Of a stretch of 58,887 nucleotides of DNA, positions 12,896 to 25,904 are shown in pieces. The notes under the pieces are model-generated. The model was not told where the DNA came from, ran no database searches, and saw only the letters and a list, made by a program, of their open reading frames with translations. The stretch is from Heterodontus francisci (Eukaryota), in NCBI RefSeq assembly GCF_036365525.1, contig NC_090379.1:45373923-45432809 (forward strand), given 5' to 3'. Position numbers and translations under genes: made by a program. Position 1 is the first letter of the stretch. Every line of letters starts with the position of its first letter.

Positions 12896-13216
12896 TATGT
12901 CCGTAATATTTAAAGCCAGCAAGCAGATGCCTGTCACATCAATCTTGGCTGAATATGAAGCCAGCTTCCAAAATGTAAAGTGCATTGTGCTGAACCTCTG
13001 AAACAACCAATATTTTAAACTGATTTATGAGTTTATAATAGAAAAAAGGCAGGAAAGGTTAGCAGTTAGGGTTGCTGCTACTGCACTTCCATTAATGTCC
13101 TAATGGCTCTGTAAAGTTCATAGTGCTATACTGATGGAATATTAAATGCTAATCAGCTTAGATGCTTCAAATTACTTCAGATCAAAAACATGTGTAAGAG
13201 GAAAGTATTACTGTAC

Positions 13217-13347
13217 CTTGCAACTTCTTGTATCCCAAGCTTTCACTGTTGAGCTGAATCCTCCACTCAAGACGACATTTTGATTCACAGGATTGAATGC
13301 CAAGCAAGTGATTTGACATTCATTATGAACACTGATGATTTGTTTAC
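13217..13347 (-). CDS. WDR25: WDR25 internal coding exon (131 nt; human exon 4 equivalent)
   Basis: Acceptor taatacag|GT, donor AAG|gtacag. Translates (G)KQIISVHNECQITCLAFNPVNQNVVLSGGFSSTVKAWDTRSCK. Phase 1 start is compatible with the preceding exon. Confidence 0.96.
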
Positions 13348-13856
13348 CTGTATTAACAAAAATGCGACTTTATTAAGAGCAAATTAAAAACTTAAAAAGT
13401 CCTCTGTGGTTTAATATTCCAGTTTAATCATCTTGAAAACACAAGAATAACAAAGCTGAATATTTATGTTAATGAGAAGATTTTATTGCATTTGTGGCTG
13501 ATTTCACAGGTAACTACACCACGTTACATGGTACTGAACAAAACAGTTTGCTACGGCTTTAGATTTGGTTCTGTTTTGCAGTGATTTAACTAATCTTAAC
13601 AGGGTAGAGGAGTTTTCTTTATTTTCTTGGGATGTAGGTGTCGCTGGCAAGGTCAGCATTTTATTGCCCATCCCGAATTGCCCTAGAGAAGCTGGCGGTC
13701 AGCCACCTTCTTGAACCGCTGCAGTCCACGTGGTGTTGGTACACGCACAGTGCTGTTAAGAAGGGAGTTCCAGGATTTTGACCCAGCAACAGTGAAGGAA
13801 GGGTGAAGATGCTGTCGAAGGAGCCTTGGTGAGTTGCTGCAGTGCATCTTGTAGAT

Positions 13857-15113
13857 CAGGGTTGTCCAACCTTTTCGGGCAGAGAGCTGCATTGCGATTT
13901 TTGGTTGGCCCAAGGGGCCGGTGAGTAAATTTCGAAAGATAAAGGCATTAAAAATTTATCTTACTAATAAAAACAACAAAAATGTGCATTTTTGTGAAGA
14001 AGCTTTAAATGCGAAAACTAATTTATTGACTTACTTCCTCGTCACTATCTTGAAAATTGATTTAGTGACATACCTGGCATTGTTTTTGCTTTAATTAGTC
14101 AATCTCTGCCCAAAAACTTGATGTAGCGATGCAGAGTATTCTGGGCAGATGTCCACTTTTCAGGAGAGACCATGATCTCTCTTCCCCCTCTCCCTGCGCT
14201 GTGTGTGTGTACGTCTCGTTCTCTCTTCCATCCCCATCCCCTCTAGGACTAGGGGACACAGATTGAAAGTTCTGTGCAAAAGACGCAGGGGGAATATAAG
14301 GAAATACTTTTTATTTTTACGCAGTGGGCGGTAATGACCTGGAACTAGCTGCCCACAAGGGCGGTGGAGGTGGAAGTGGAGATGATCAATGACTGCATGA
14401 GGGAGTTCGATGGCCAAAGAGAGAAACAGACTTGCAAGGCTACGGGGATTGAGCCAGGGAGTGGGACCGACTGCATAGCTCCGTGGAGAGCTGGCACGGG
14501 CTTGATGGACAGAATGGCCATAAGTAAATGACTCTTTGACTCTCTCTCCCCTTCTCTGTCTGTCTCCCTTCCCCCCCCTCTCTGTCCCTCTCCACCCATC
14601 CCCCTCCTGTCTGTATCTCTCCCCACCCCCCCCCATGTCTCCAGTGTTCCCCACTCTCTGTCCCCCCTTCTCACTGTCTTTTGCACCTCGCCCCTTTCTC
14701 CCTCTCTGCCCCCCCCCCCTCTGCTTTGTCTCTCCCCCTCTTCCACCACTCATTCTCTCACAGTTGCAAAGTTCTTTTAAAAATGATCGTTGTCAGTTTC
14801 AGAGGTGACAGCTGCTGACATAGGGAACAGCATTTTCCCAACAAATTCGGGGTTTTCCGGCAGACTTCATTAAAAAAAAATGTCAGAACATGCCGGAAAA
14901 CCCCCGAGTCTGTTGGGAAGCGGCTGTTCCCGACATCAGTGGTTATCACCTGCGAAACTGACAGTGCAATAGTTTAAAAGTCAGACTGACAACGGGAAAT
15001 TTCTCATCTCCAGTCAGGGTGAGGATGAGGAACGGCCCCAGGAACAGTTAACATCCACAGGCCGGATGGAAACTGCATGATCCTGGCCCGTGGGCCAAAG
15101 GTGGACGACCCTG
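13857..15113 (-). mobile_element. Internally deleted hAT (Charlie/Buster/SPIN-like) DNA transposon
   Basis: TIRs cagggttgtccaaccttt / aaaggtggacgaccctg and a perfect 8-bp TSD ttgtagat (13849-13856, 15114-15121). Minus-strand remnant of a transposase C-terminus (HLPRILCIATSS..KQKQCQVCH*) at ~14062-14157. Carries a CR1 3' fragment (~14240-14525), a pyrimidine-rich tract and a long hairpin. Confidence 0.9.
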
Positions 15114-15354
15114 TTGTAGATGGTACACGCTGCTGCCACTGTGCACGGTGGTGAAGGGAGTGAGTGTTGAAGGTGGTGGATGGGGTACCAATCAAGCAGG
15201 CTGCTTTGTCCTGGATGGTGTCAAGTTCTTTGAGAGTTGTTGGAGCTGCACCCATCCAGGCAAGTGGAGAATATTCCATCACACTCCTAACTTCTGTCTT
15301 GTAGATGATGGACAGGCATTGGGGAGTCAGGAGGTGAGTTAGTCGCTTCAGAAT

Positions 15355-15706
15355 TTTTAGTTTAGTTTAGAGATACAGCACTGAAACAGGCCCTTCGGCC
15401 CACCAAGTCTGTGCCGACCATCAACCACCCATTTACACTAATCCTACACTAATTCCATATTCCTACCACATCCCACCTGTCCCTATATTTCCCTACCACC
15501 TACCTATACTAGGGGCAATTTATAATGGCCAATTTACCTATCAACCAGCAAGTCTTTGGCATGTGGGAGGAAACCGGAGCACCCGGAGGAAGCCCACGCA
15601 GACACAGGGAGAACTTGTAAACTCCACACAGGCCGTACCCAGAATTGAACCCGGGTCGCTGGAGCGGTGAGAATGCGGTGCTAACCACTGCGCCACTGTG
15701 CCGCCC
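15355..15706 (-). mobile_element. HE1-like V-SINE, full length
   Basis: Complete head to (ctaaa)n tail. Inserted into the family A LINE; gaatt occurs on both sides. Confidence 0.93.
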
Positions 15707-17124
15707 TGTGAATTCCCAGCATCTGACCTGCTCTTGTAGCCACAGCATTTACATGGCTGGTCCAATTCAGTTTTTGGTCAATGGTAACCTCGAGGATGTT
15801 GATAGTGGGGGATTCAGTGATGGTAATGCCATTGAACATCAAGGGAAGATGGTTAAATTCTCTCTTGTTGGAGATAGTCATTGCCTGGCACTTGTGTGGT
15901 GTGAATGTTACTTGTCACTTATCAGCCCAAGCCTGGATATTGTCCAGGTCTTGCTGCATATGGACATGGGCTGCTTCAGTATCTGAGAAGTCACAAATGG
16001 TGCTGAACATTGCACAATCAGCAGCGAACATCCACATTTCTGACCTTACGATTGAAGGAAAGTCATTGATGAAGCAGTTGAAGATAATTGGGCTTCGGAC
16101 ACTACCCTGAGGAACTCCTGCACTGATGTCCTGGGACACTTGATTGACCTTCAACAACCACAACCATCTTCCTTTGGTTGACTCCAACCAGCGGAGAGTT
16201 TTCCCCCCGATTCCCATTAACTTCAGTTTTGCTAGGGCTCCTTGGTCAAATACTGCCTTGATGTCAAGGGAAGTCACTCTCATATCACCTCTGAAGTTCA
16301 GCTCTTTTGTCCATGTTTGGACCAAGACTGTTATGAGGTCAGGAGCTAAGTGGCCCTGGCAGAACCCAAACTGAGCATCAGTGAGCAGGTTACTGCTGAG
16401 CAGGTGTCACTTGATAGCACTGTCGACGACCCCTTCCATCATTTTCCTGATGATCAAGCATAGACTAATAGGGCGGTAATTGGCCGTGTTGGACTTGGCC
16501 TGCTTTTTGTGTGCAGGACATACCTGGGCAATTTTCCACATTGCCGGGTAGATGCCAGCGTTGTAGCTATACTGGAGCAGCTTGACTAGGGGCGCAGCTA
16601 GGTCTGGAGCACAGGTCTTCAGTACTATTGCCGGAATATTGTCAGGACCCATAGCCTTTGTAGTATCCAATGCCTTCAGTCATCTTGATATCACACGGAG
16701 TGAATCGGATTGGCTGAAGACTGGCATGTGATGCTGGGGATCTCGGGAGGAGGCCGAGTTGGATCATCCACTTGGCAGTTCTGGATGAAGATCATTGCAA
16801 ATGCTTCACCCTTTTCTTTTGCACTGATGTGCTGGGCTCCCCCATCATTGAAGGTAAGGATATTTGTGGAGACACCTCCTCCGGTTGGTTGTTTAATTGT
16901 CCACCAACATTCACGATGGGTGGCAGGAATGCAGAGCTTAGATCTGATTCCACTGGTTGTGGAATCGCTTAGCCCTGTCCATTGCATGCTGCTTCCACTG
17001 TTTGGCATGCAAGTAGTCCTGCGTTGTAGCCTCACCAGGCTGACACCTCATTTTTGGATATGCCTGGTGTTGCTCCCGGCATGCCCTCCTGCACTCTTCA
17101 CTGAACTGATCTAATTGATGCACT

Positions 17125-18790
17125 TAAAATGGTAAGGGATTCAATAGAGTTGACGCAGATAAACTATTCCCTCTGGTGAGGAATCCAGAACAAAAGGGCA
17201 TAATTAAAAATTAAGACTCGGACTGTGTGGAGTGAAATCAGGGAACATTTTTTCACACAAAAAGCAGTGAAAATCTAGGAACTTCTGTCCCCTCAAGGCT
17301 GTGGATATTGGATCAATTGAAATTTTCAAGACAGATCGACTGATTTTTGTTAAGTAAGGATGTCAAGGTTTGTGGAGTTGAGTTACAGAGCAGCTATGAT
17401 CTAACTGAATGCCAGCACATCCTCGAGGAGCTGAGCATCCTAATTCTTTTCCTGCGTTCCTACAGTGTTCCAGTTTAGAAGCTTATTGCCATACCCTACA
17501 AAGTAAGAACGAGTCTCAGTAATTCTGAGAAGGCTCATCAGAGTGCACTGTCTGTGGGATTCAACAACCTCTAGAGTTGTGCAAATGTGAGAACTGGTAG
17601 TTACATACGAACATAAGAAATAGGAGGAGGAGGCAGCCACTGGGCCCCTCAACCTGCTCTGCCATTCAATTAGATCTGATCTGATTGTGGCCTCATCCCC
17701 ACTTTCCTGCCGGCCCCCATAACCTTGACTCTCTTGTAGATCAAAAATCTGTCTAAGTCAGCCTTGAATATGTTCAATGACCCAGCCTCCACTGCTCGCT
17801 GGGGAAGAGAATTCCAAAGATTAACGACCCTCAGAAAAGGAATTCCTCATTTCCATCTTAAATGGGAGACCCCTAGTTCTAAATTTTCCCACGAGGGGAA
17901 ACATCCTCTCAGCATCTACCCTGTCAAGCCCCCTCAGAATCTTGTATCTTTCAATAAGATCACCTCTCATCTTCTAAACTCCATTGAGTATAGGCCCAAC
18001 TTTCTCAATCTTTCCCCATAATACAACCTCATCTCAGAAATCAACCTAGTGAATCTTCTCAGAACTGCCTCAAATGCAAGTATATCCCTCCCTAAATAAG
18101 GAAACCAAAACTGTACCCAGTACTCTAGGTGCGACCTCACCAGCACCCTGTACAGTTGTAGCAAGACTTCCCTACTTTCATACTCCATCCCCCTTGCAAT
18201 AAAGGCCAACGTTCAATTGCCTTCTTAATTACTTGCTGTACCTGCATGCTAACCACTTGTGATTCGTGTACAGGGACACCCAGATCCCTCTGTACCAAGA
18301 ATTCTGCAGTCTCTCTTAGTTGAAAAATATTTTGCTTTTCTATTCCTACCAAAGTGAATAATGTCACATTTTCCCACATCATACTCCATCTGCCAAACTT
18401 TTGCCCACTCACTTAGCCTATCTATATCCCTTGGCAGACTCTCTGTGTCCTCCTCACAACTTGCTCTCCCACCTATCTTTATATCGTCAGCAAATTTGGC
18501 TATAATAAATTATGTCCCTTCATCCAAGTCATTAATATAGATTACAAATAGTTGAGGCCCCAGCACTGATCCCTGTGGCACCGCACTAGTTACTGTTTGC
18601 CAAGCAGAAAATGACCCATTTATCATGAGAAAAGTTATAAAAGTATATTTACATGCAACGGTCATAGCAACATTATGGCACAGGAGGCGGTCATTTGGCC
18701 CATCGAGTCCATGCCAGCTCTCTGTATAGCAATCCAGTCAGTCCCATTCCCCCGCTCTATTGCGGTAGCTCTGCAAGTTTATTTCCCCAA
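17125..18790. mobile_element. CR1 fragments (~17125-17460 plus; ~17605-18625 minus; ~18660-18790 minus 3' tail)
   Basis: ORF 17967..18209 MAFIARGMEYESREVLLQLYRVLVRSHLEYWVQFWFPYL is the canonical CR1 ORF2 C-terminal region. Confidence 0.87.
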
Positions 18791-20863
18791 AAAGCTTGAA
18801 AATTCCAGGGGAACTGTCAGGCAATGGTTTAAATGCTGGTTTAAATAGAAAATGTATGTTCCTCAGTTCTGCCACTAATATTCGATTTATGAAAAGCTTA
18901 TGAAAATCTAATGTTTGTGTTTGTGTGACACCATTTACAATATGCATCTTGAAGGAGAGTCCGCCACTTACTCCTCATCAGCTGTCATTGGTGTAAACAG
19001 TACTGATATAGCCTGTATTATAAGCCAAAACTATAGCTCTACAACAAAATTAACAGCATTTCTTTCCTGTAATGTTTACTGAAATTTTAACAAGCTCCCC
19101 ACTGAAACTCTCTGATCAAGTTATTTCTTGTGTACAAGCCTGGAGAGCAAGCATCGACTACAACAGGTTATTTCGTCATGGAGCTAACACAGCCGTTCTG
19201 ATCCTGTCCCCAGTCAACATCCATGTAAGCACACTTTCTAGTAGGCAGGGATCAGTGTACAATGGTCAGCAGTGGAAACCTTTGCTTATTCTTCCCTTCT
19301 CCACCATTACTCTCCACCTCCCCTTGCTTGATCTAGCTGGGAATTTTTATTTTTAAAATAGAAGAGAACCAAACCATTTTTTAAATAAAAATGAAAAACT
19401 AAACATGGCACAAAAGCTGCCAGAATACTTTGCTGAATAAAAGCTTTTATAAAAGGTCTCATTTTGAATTCAAGGAACCTCCAGCACAAAGATGCTGAGT
19501 TTCTTGTAATATAAGCAATGCCCTTTTAATCAGTAATCTAACTTGATTGTGCACATCAGCAAACATCAAGTTGATTCTACTCCCCTCAAGAACAGTTAAC
19601 AGTTGGGATATAAATTAATTAGATATAACGAAAAACATAACGTTAGTTTTAATAGTATTTTTGCTTTTCATTTTAATTTACGACAAACTGTAAAATAAAT
19701 TTCTATTCAAGTGACACCTCCAGTGATGAACACTGCATCCTAATATGGTCATGTATAATACTCAATCATGTCTCTTCTACAATTAGGTCCTTGTTGTAAT
19801 TTCTCTTTCAAGTACCATTATCATGAGTATAAGCACACTGCCAGATGTTGTTCCTTGCCCTGAAACTAGTCATTTCCTCTAGAGAAATAACCCATAAAAT
19901 AACCTCACTGTGACAAGAATGAGTCTGACTACTGATCTCAAGCCAAGCTACTGTAAGATGAATGAGTATCACCAGAGGTTATGAAAAAGCATTTTACAAA
20001 TCAGTTGTGCAATATGTCCATGCATTCAAACCACAATGTACTTCCTTATTAACAAAAATGTCATGAACTTAATTGCAAGTGAACAAAAAAAACACACATT
20101 TCTTTCAAAATGATGCAGTGAACTAGTTTGCACACACTAAATGTATAAATCAATGGAAGTGAAATAGAAACATTTATCGTATATATTAACCATAATCTCC
20201 CCATCAAACAGAGATGAATTTCTGGTAAAGCACAAGTAGAGAATCAATCGAATGAGGCATAGGAACCAAGAGTACAGATCAGAAGGTTCATTTTTCATGG
20301 TTGGCAGTCCAGAGAAGAGATGTAAAGCTGCTCGTGATAAAGTAATATGATAAGAAAGAAGGAACTTGCATTTATATAGTGCCTTTAATTTCTAGTCACT
20401 AAGCCCTTGGTTCTTCAGGTCCAGGAAGGTTCATACTCTTATTAAATGTAGACTATTGTCTGAAGGCTGCATCTCTAAGAAACATGATGTCAGAAATAGC
20501 CCTGTGGATTGGAGAATGGCTAAAAGGAAATTGAGGGATAGAAATTCTGACAAGAAATTGCCCTCTTAATCACACCAATATTAAGAAAATATCCAACAGC
20601 AATTAAACGTGCCAGGCAGGTGTGGTTTTCGAACCATGATTAATTTTTTTAGAATGTCATTGCTCAAAACATAAATATACTAAAAGTCAGGGATACAAAC
20701 CATAGCAGTTCCAGGCTTAGAAAGAAAATAAAGTCTGTCAGGGAAATTATGTATGTGTGACCTTTCACTTCCTCCTTCACAGTCTTCATTTGCTTAATGA
20801 GAACTACATCTAAGATTAACATGAAAACATTTGAAAATGAGAAAAATCATAACAGCACTGTAC

Positions 20864-21011
20864 CACTTTCAATATCTGTCAGATGAAGCATAGAATCAAA
20901 TCCACCACTGAGGATCTGTCTTCCACACAAAGACCACTGAGCATCACGAACTGCCCCTGAATGGCATAAGAAAGTCTTTAAGCATCTGCTTGTTTCAATA
21001 GCATCCCATAT
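20864..21011 (-). CDS. WDR25: WDR25 internal coding exon (148 nt; corresponds to human exon 3)
   Basis: Acceptor ttcctatag|ATA, donor GTG|gtacag. Translates IWDAIETSRCLKTFLCHSGAVRDAQWSLCGRQILSGGFDSMLHLTDIES(G), a WD40 repeat matching my recollection of WDR25 ([26 protein letters not shown]...ILSGGFD...LHLTDLETG). Phase 0 start, phase 1 end. Confidence 0.96.
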
Positions 21012-22435
21012 CTATAGGAAGGATAAACAAGAGATTAGAAATAGAACATTTTTTAAAATTTGCATCTTCTCACAGCCAGTTTCAAGTCCACTTAAAACAG
21101 ATTCGTGTAGACAAGCTTTGCAGAACAATGGGACACATCAATTTTAAAATAAACTTGATGATATAACTGCTAAAATGGCTCCATATTCTTTGAAAAAACA
21201 CAAGTATCTTAGTGAGCAGTTTATAGTAAGGGCACAGGCAGCTGTGAAGATATTTGTTGGAACATGGAAAGAAAATACATGGAAAGAGCTTAAATTTTTA
21301 ATGCAGTGAAGAACACAGAATATGAGAAAGGAATAAATTAGGTTCTCAATGACACACCGTGTATTGTTCTGCAGATCTCAACCTCAATGCTACCCTGTAA
21401 GCTGGATAAGAACCGTACTGGGCAACACAGAGAACTTAAACATTAATTGAATATTACCAATCTAAATCTGTGAAAAAGTTTGATACATGGTGAAGCGAAA
21501 ACCTTCACAACTGAACACTATCTGAAATCCTATGAACCTTTATATTCTGTGCCTTTGGTATTTAATGAACACAATTGGAATTCACTTTATGCCAAGGATA
21601 TTTGGTGGTAGCAGAAATCATTGGTATTATACTATATGATCAATCAACATGTGGCAGTCTTTGACGAATACACAGAGATTTAAATTAGTTCTGAACATCA
21701 ATCAGTTCAAAAAAGTTTTTTCTAATGGAAAATACCTGTAGTTATTGTGGCACAGATCAGAGGATTCTACAGAAATTGCACTTGTGGTTATCAGTTAATG
21801 TTTCCTCATGAGTTCCAAACAGAGAAGCAGGAGAACTGAATTAACTGGAATATGCACTAGTATACAGACAACATGATACCAGAGAGCGACTTGAACAGAT
21901 TGAAAGGATTGAAATAATGCCAAATCACAAGCTTGTGTGGATTATCAATTTTATCTGAATGCAAAACATTCCTAGCCACCTGCTATTGCATATAATTGCA
22001 CACTGATTTTTTTTAAACAGTGCTAAGAACAGTGACAAGTGAGCAATTTGTAGTGTATGACGATATGATTGAATTGCTGGTTTTATGCACAATTCATCAA
22101 AATGACATTTTACACCAAGCAGATATCATAGTTTATCATTCTACTTCCTGGTGAGCTGCAAAAACACGATTTTTTTTGTACAACCGACCCTTCCTGGCAG
22201 ACATTTGCTGCACAGACAACAGATTTATGCTTTACAATAGTCCATTGCTATCCACTTCAGAAACATGGTAATCGTATTAAATTTGTATTCTTGCAGACAG
22301 GTTTTCCTCTTTTTCTCACTTGGGTGCTTGCTGTTAGTCTTTCAGGGTCCACCCAGTGGTACAATGAGCCTATTCAGTAAGTAAAGGAACAGAAAAGTCC
22401 CAGCTTCAATCCCTGGTCTGTGCTTAATTTGCTGA

Positions 22436-23185
22436 TTTTTAAAAATTCTTTCATGGGATGTGGACTTCACTGGCAAGTCCAGCATTTGTTGCCCATCCCT
22501 AATGGCCCTTGAGCTCAGCAGCTTGCAAGGTTATTTCAGAGGGCAGTTAAGAGTCTGTGGGTCTAGAGTCACATGTAGGTCAGACATGTAAAGACAGCAG
22601 ATTTTCTTCCCTAAAAGGACATTAGTTAACCAGATGGTTCAAATCCCACCACGACAACTGATGGTAGTTTCATGGCACCATTACTGAGACTAGGGTTCAA
22701 TTCCAGATTTTTCAGAGTCATACAGAGATACAGCACTGAAATAGGCCCTTCAGCCCACCTAGTCTGTGCCGACCATCAACCATCCATTTATACTAATCCT
22801 ACATTAATCGCATATTCCCTACCACATCCCCACCTTCCCTCAATTCTCCTATCACCTACCTACACTAGGGGCAATTTACAATGGCCAATTTACCTATCAA
22901 CCTGCAAGTCTTTGGCTGGGGAGGAAACCGGAGCACCTGGCGGAAACCCACACGGTCACAGGGAGAACTTGCAAACTCCGCACAGGCAGTACCCAGAACC
23001 AAACCCGGGTCGCTGGAGCTGTGAGGCTGTGGTGCTAACCACTGTGCCGCCTAATTAATGTTATTAATTAATTGAACTTAAATTCTACCAGTTGCCGTGG
23101 TGGGATTTGAACCTGTGTCCCCAGGGCATTGCCCGGGCCTCTGGATTACCAATCCAGTGACATTACCACTACGACATCATCTCCC
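22436..23185 (-). mobile_element. tRNA-headed SINE sharing both its 5' region and its 3' tail with the family A LINE
   Basis: Head gggagatgatgtcgtagtggtaatgtcactggattggtaatccagaggcc..ggttcaaatcccacca (A and B boxes), body homologous to 9440-9650, tail aagggccattagggatgggcaacaaatgctgg..cccatgaaagaat. Interrupted by an HE1-like SINE. Confidence 0.85.
22724..23051 (-). mobile_element. HE1-like V-SINE
   Basis: Near full-length match to the other copies. ORF 22672..23058 is its antisense translation. Confidence 0.92.
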
Positions 23186-23879
23186 CCATAAATTTCAACC
23201 ACAGCAATGGTAAAGGATCTACATTTGGTTTCAACAGCCCCAGATTAGGAAGGGGAGAAACTGGTCACTGTGCAGCTACTGCTACTGAGGGTTGGATGTT
23301 GATGTCAGGTGAAAACAACAACAGACTCCTGTGACACCTGCTGTGTTCAGATAGCCAGATCTTAGCTATCGTCAACACTCACATGATGAGCAGCGGCTTT
23401 GTGTGTGAGCTACTTGAGAGTGCCTATGGAAATGTACCCCAGAAAGGAGTGGAGTGGACTAAATTGGCAAAGAGAAAAAATGTATCCTTAGGCTAATATT
23501 ATCCAGTAATATCAGTGGCACCCATAATCTGTAGCACTGTTCATACAAAATTAATTACTGACATTGAAGTACAATAATTTTATATTACAATGTCAATAAT
23601 GAAATTAGTTATTACTAAAATATATAATGTTGACACAATGCATCTTGAACACTGTTTTACAACCTGGTCCAGCATTGCTTGAGTGAAAGTTTAACACCAC
23701 TGTTCTGACAAATTTCTCCTTTTTGTTCGACAGGCAGGTGTGCGGCGTGCACATGTCCAACATGCATAAATGTAGAAGCATGTGAAAATCATCACTTGAA
23801 TGTCCTCGCACTACAAATGGTAACAAAGTCCACAGTGGCTTTCATAGACCCAAAACTTTAGCTGAGGGGATGGTATAAC

Positions 23880-24312
23880 TTCTGGCTATTGATCAGGAAC
23901 TCATCCACCAACTTCAACATTCACTCCCTCCACCACCACGCACAGTGGCAGCAGTGTGTACCATCTACAAGATGCAGTGCAGCAACTCAACATCCCTCCA
24001 ACAGCACCTTCCAAACCCGCGACCTCTACCACTTAGGAGGACAAGGGCAACAGACGCATGGCAACACCACCACCTGCAAGTTCCCCTCCAAGCCACACAC
24101 CATCCTGTCTTGAAAATATGTTGCAGTTCCTACACTGTCACCAGATCATCATCCTAGAACTCCCTCCCTAACACTGTGGGTGTACCCACATCAGATGGAC
24201 TGCAGTGGTTCAAGGCGGCAACTCACCACCACCATCTCAAGGGCAATTATCGATGGGCAACAATTGCTGGCCTTGCCAGCAATGCCCACATCTTATGAAA
24301 CAAATTAAAAGA
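23880..24312 (+). mobile_element. Family A LINE 3' fragment
   Basis: FNIHSLHHH..AAVCTIYKMQCSN peptide and the tail gggcaattatcgatgggcaacaattgctggccttgccagcaatgcccacatc. Confidence 0.88.
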
Positions 24313-25904
24313 AAATTGTTGCAGCACGAAACCGGTTTCGGTCTCAGACATGTAATAAATTCCAGCTGATGGACTCTTCCTAAATTGAATAAGTTTTTCA
24401 GGAAAAAAATTACCAATATTCACTGTTCTTAATACAGCTGAATGAAATGCATATGGTAGCTCTTCACCTTCAATGCTATTAATGAAATCCATGCAAGTGC
24501 TATAATCTATTTCTCAGACATTTAATTATTTTACTACTTGGGAGACGAGAAAAATTATCTGCGCTTTTATTATTAAACTCAAATGCTCCAGTAAGTTGCT
24601 ATCCTTTAATTATGTAGACATGCTGTTTTCTGTATGGTAACATTATTCAAATACCAAATTAAGGATGTGCTGTTTCCAATGTGACCTCAATGCAGCGTAG
24701 TCAAGTCTGTTAAACTGGCTTCCACGCACAATAGGTCTGATCTTTCGGTCACTAACTAGTTTTCCTCTTGGTTGGAAGCTTTCTTGATTCTCTCAGCTAT
24801 AAATCATTCTATCCTGCTACCTACCGATTCAAAAAACTGTACAATGGTTAAAAGATTAGTTCCTACACTTGAAAATATGGTTGATCTAAGCATCCATGAT
24901 CAGGCAAGAAAAACTGTGCTTTGTAAATTATGGAAAATAGTAACCACAATGTTAAAGTGGATAAAGTACCACATGGCAAGGTACTGAGCCACTTCAAAGG
25001 AGTCCCAGGTTTGATCCAAGATCTGTGCTGAAGCACTGTATCTCAGCGGAAAGAGATATGAAGGCATCATAATTGGCTTTAGTGCCCCTGGGATAAGGAA
25101 CGTAAACAAAAGTCAGCCACATTATTCACTCCTGACTGCTTTCAGTAAATCATGCTGGAAAGTGCGCTTGTGCCCATCACTCAGAGACATGAATGATCTC
25201 AGTTGAAAACATTAACTATTCATTGATGCCAAATAGACCCTACAGTATAAATGGCAGACACTCGCAGCAAGGGTCATATTATTGAGACAATTCCAAAGGA
25301 AAGGGCTCTCTAATATAAACTGCGTTTTAACCAAAATTAGAAACTTCTTCATACTTAAGACTCAAATGCCGTATGGAGCAGAGTGCTACCCAGTGCAATA
25401 AAAATCAGATCAGTTGAAACATTCTAAAGCGATTTGAATCACTTCTCGGTTTGCAAATAGAGGGGGCTGGTTCTGAGAAAGGAAATTCATGAAGATTCAA
25501 GTGGTTAGGCTGAACAACCTATTCTCATTCCTCCATTCTTATAAACAATGCATTGTTCCATTATCTACAGGCATCTACCTTTCTTCTTGGCATTCTCCTT
25601 TAATACTTGCCAAATAACCAGGACTTCATTTCCAAATAATGTTACAGATCATGATGAATAATGCATTTAAATTTTATTCAATTGTAATGAATCTTCTGAG
25701 GCATGGTGAATAGTAAGCCAGATGATATATTGTTTTATTAAGAGTGTAATGCTGTATAATGCACAAAGCATTATTCTGCTTATAAGGTACGTTCATATCT
25801 CTTTTAAAGGCCATACAGTCTTACTGTTGTTAAATAAAGAGAGACTCAGGTCGATCTGAATTTAATTGCAAATTGGAAAATGCTTGCAAATTTCAGGATC
25901 AGAA

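Larger units (their letters stand above)
13613..17108 (-). mobile_element. Family A LINE, 5'-truncated RT-containing copy with nested hAT and SINE insertions
   Basis: ORFs 16407..16670 (KAMGPDNIPAIVLKTCAP..NYRPISL), 15915..16325 (GVPQGSV..FINDF..MFAADC), 15681..15881 and 15004..15282. Family A 3' tail at ~13613-13690. Confidence 0.92.
22340..23450 (+). mobile_element. Old tRNA-derived SINE (unnamed) split by younger SINEs
   Basis: gtcccagcttcaatccctggtctgtgct..gctgat stops at ~22435 and continues after ~23190. Related sequence occurs at ~24985-25175 (+) and ~31440-31530 (-). Confidence 0.55.

Noticed and set aside
14160-14808. Gly/Arg-rich and Pro-rich ORFs
   Set aside because: Artefacts of a low-complexity C/T tract that lacks stop codons.
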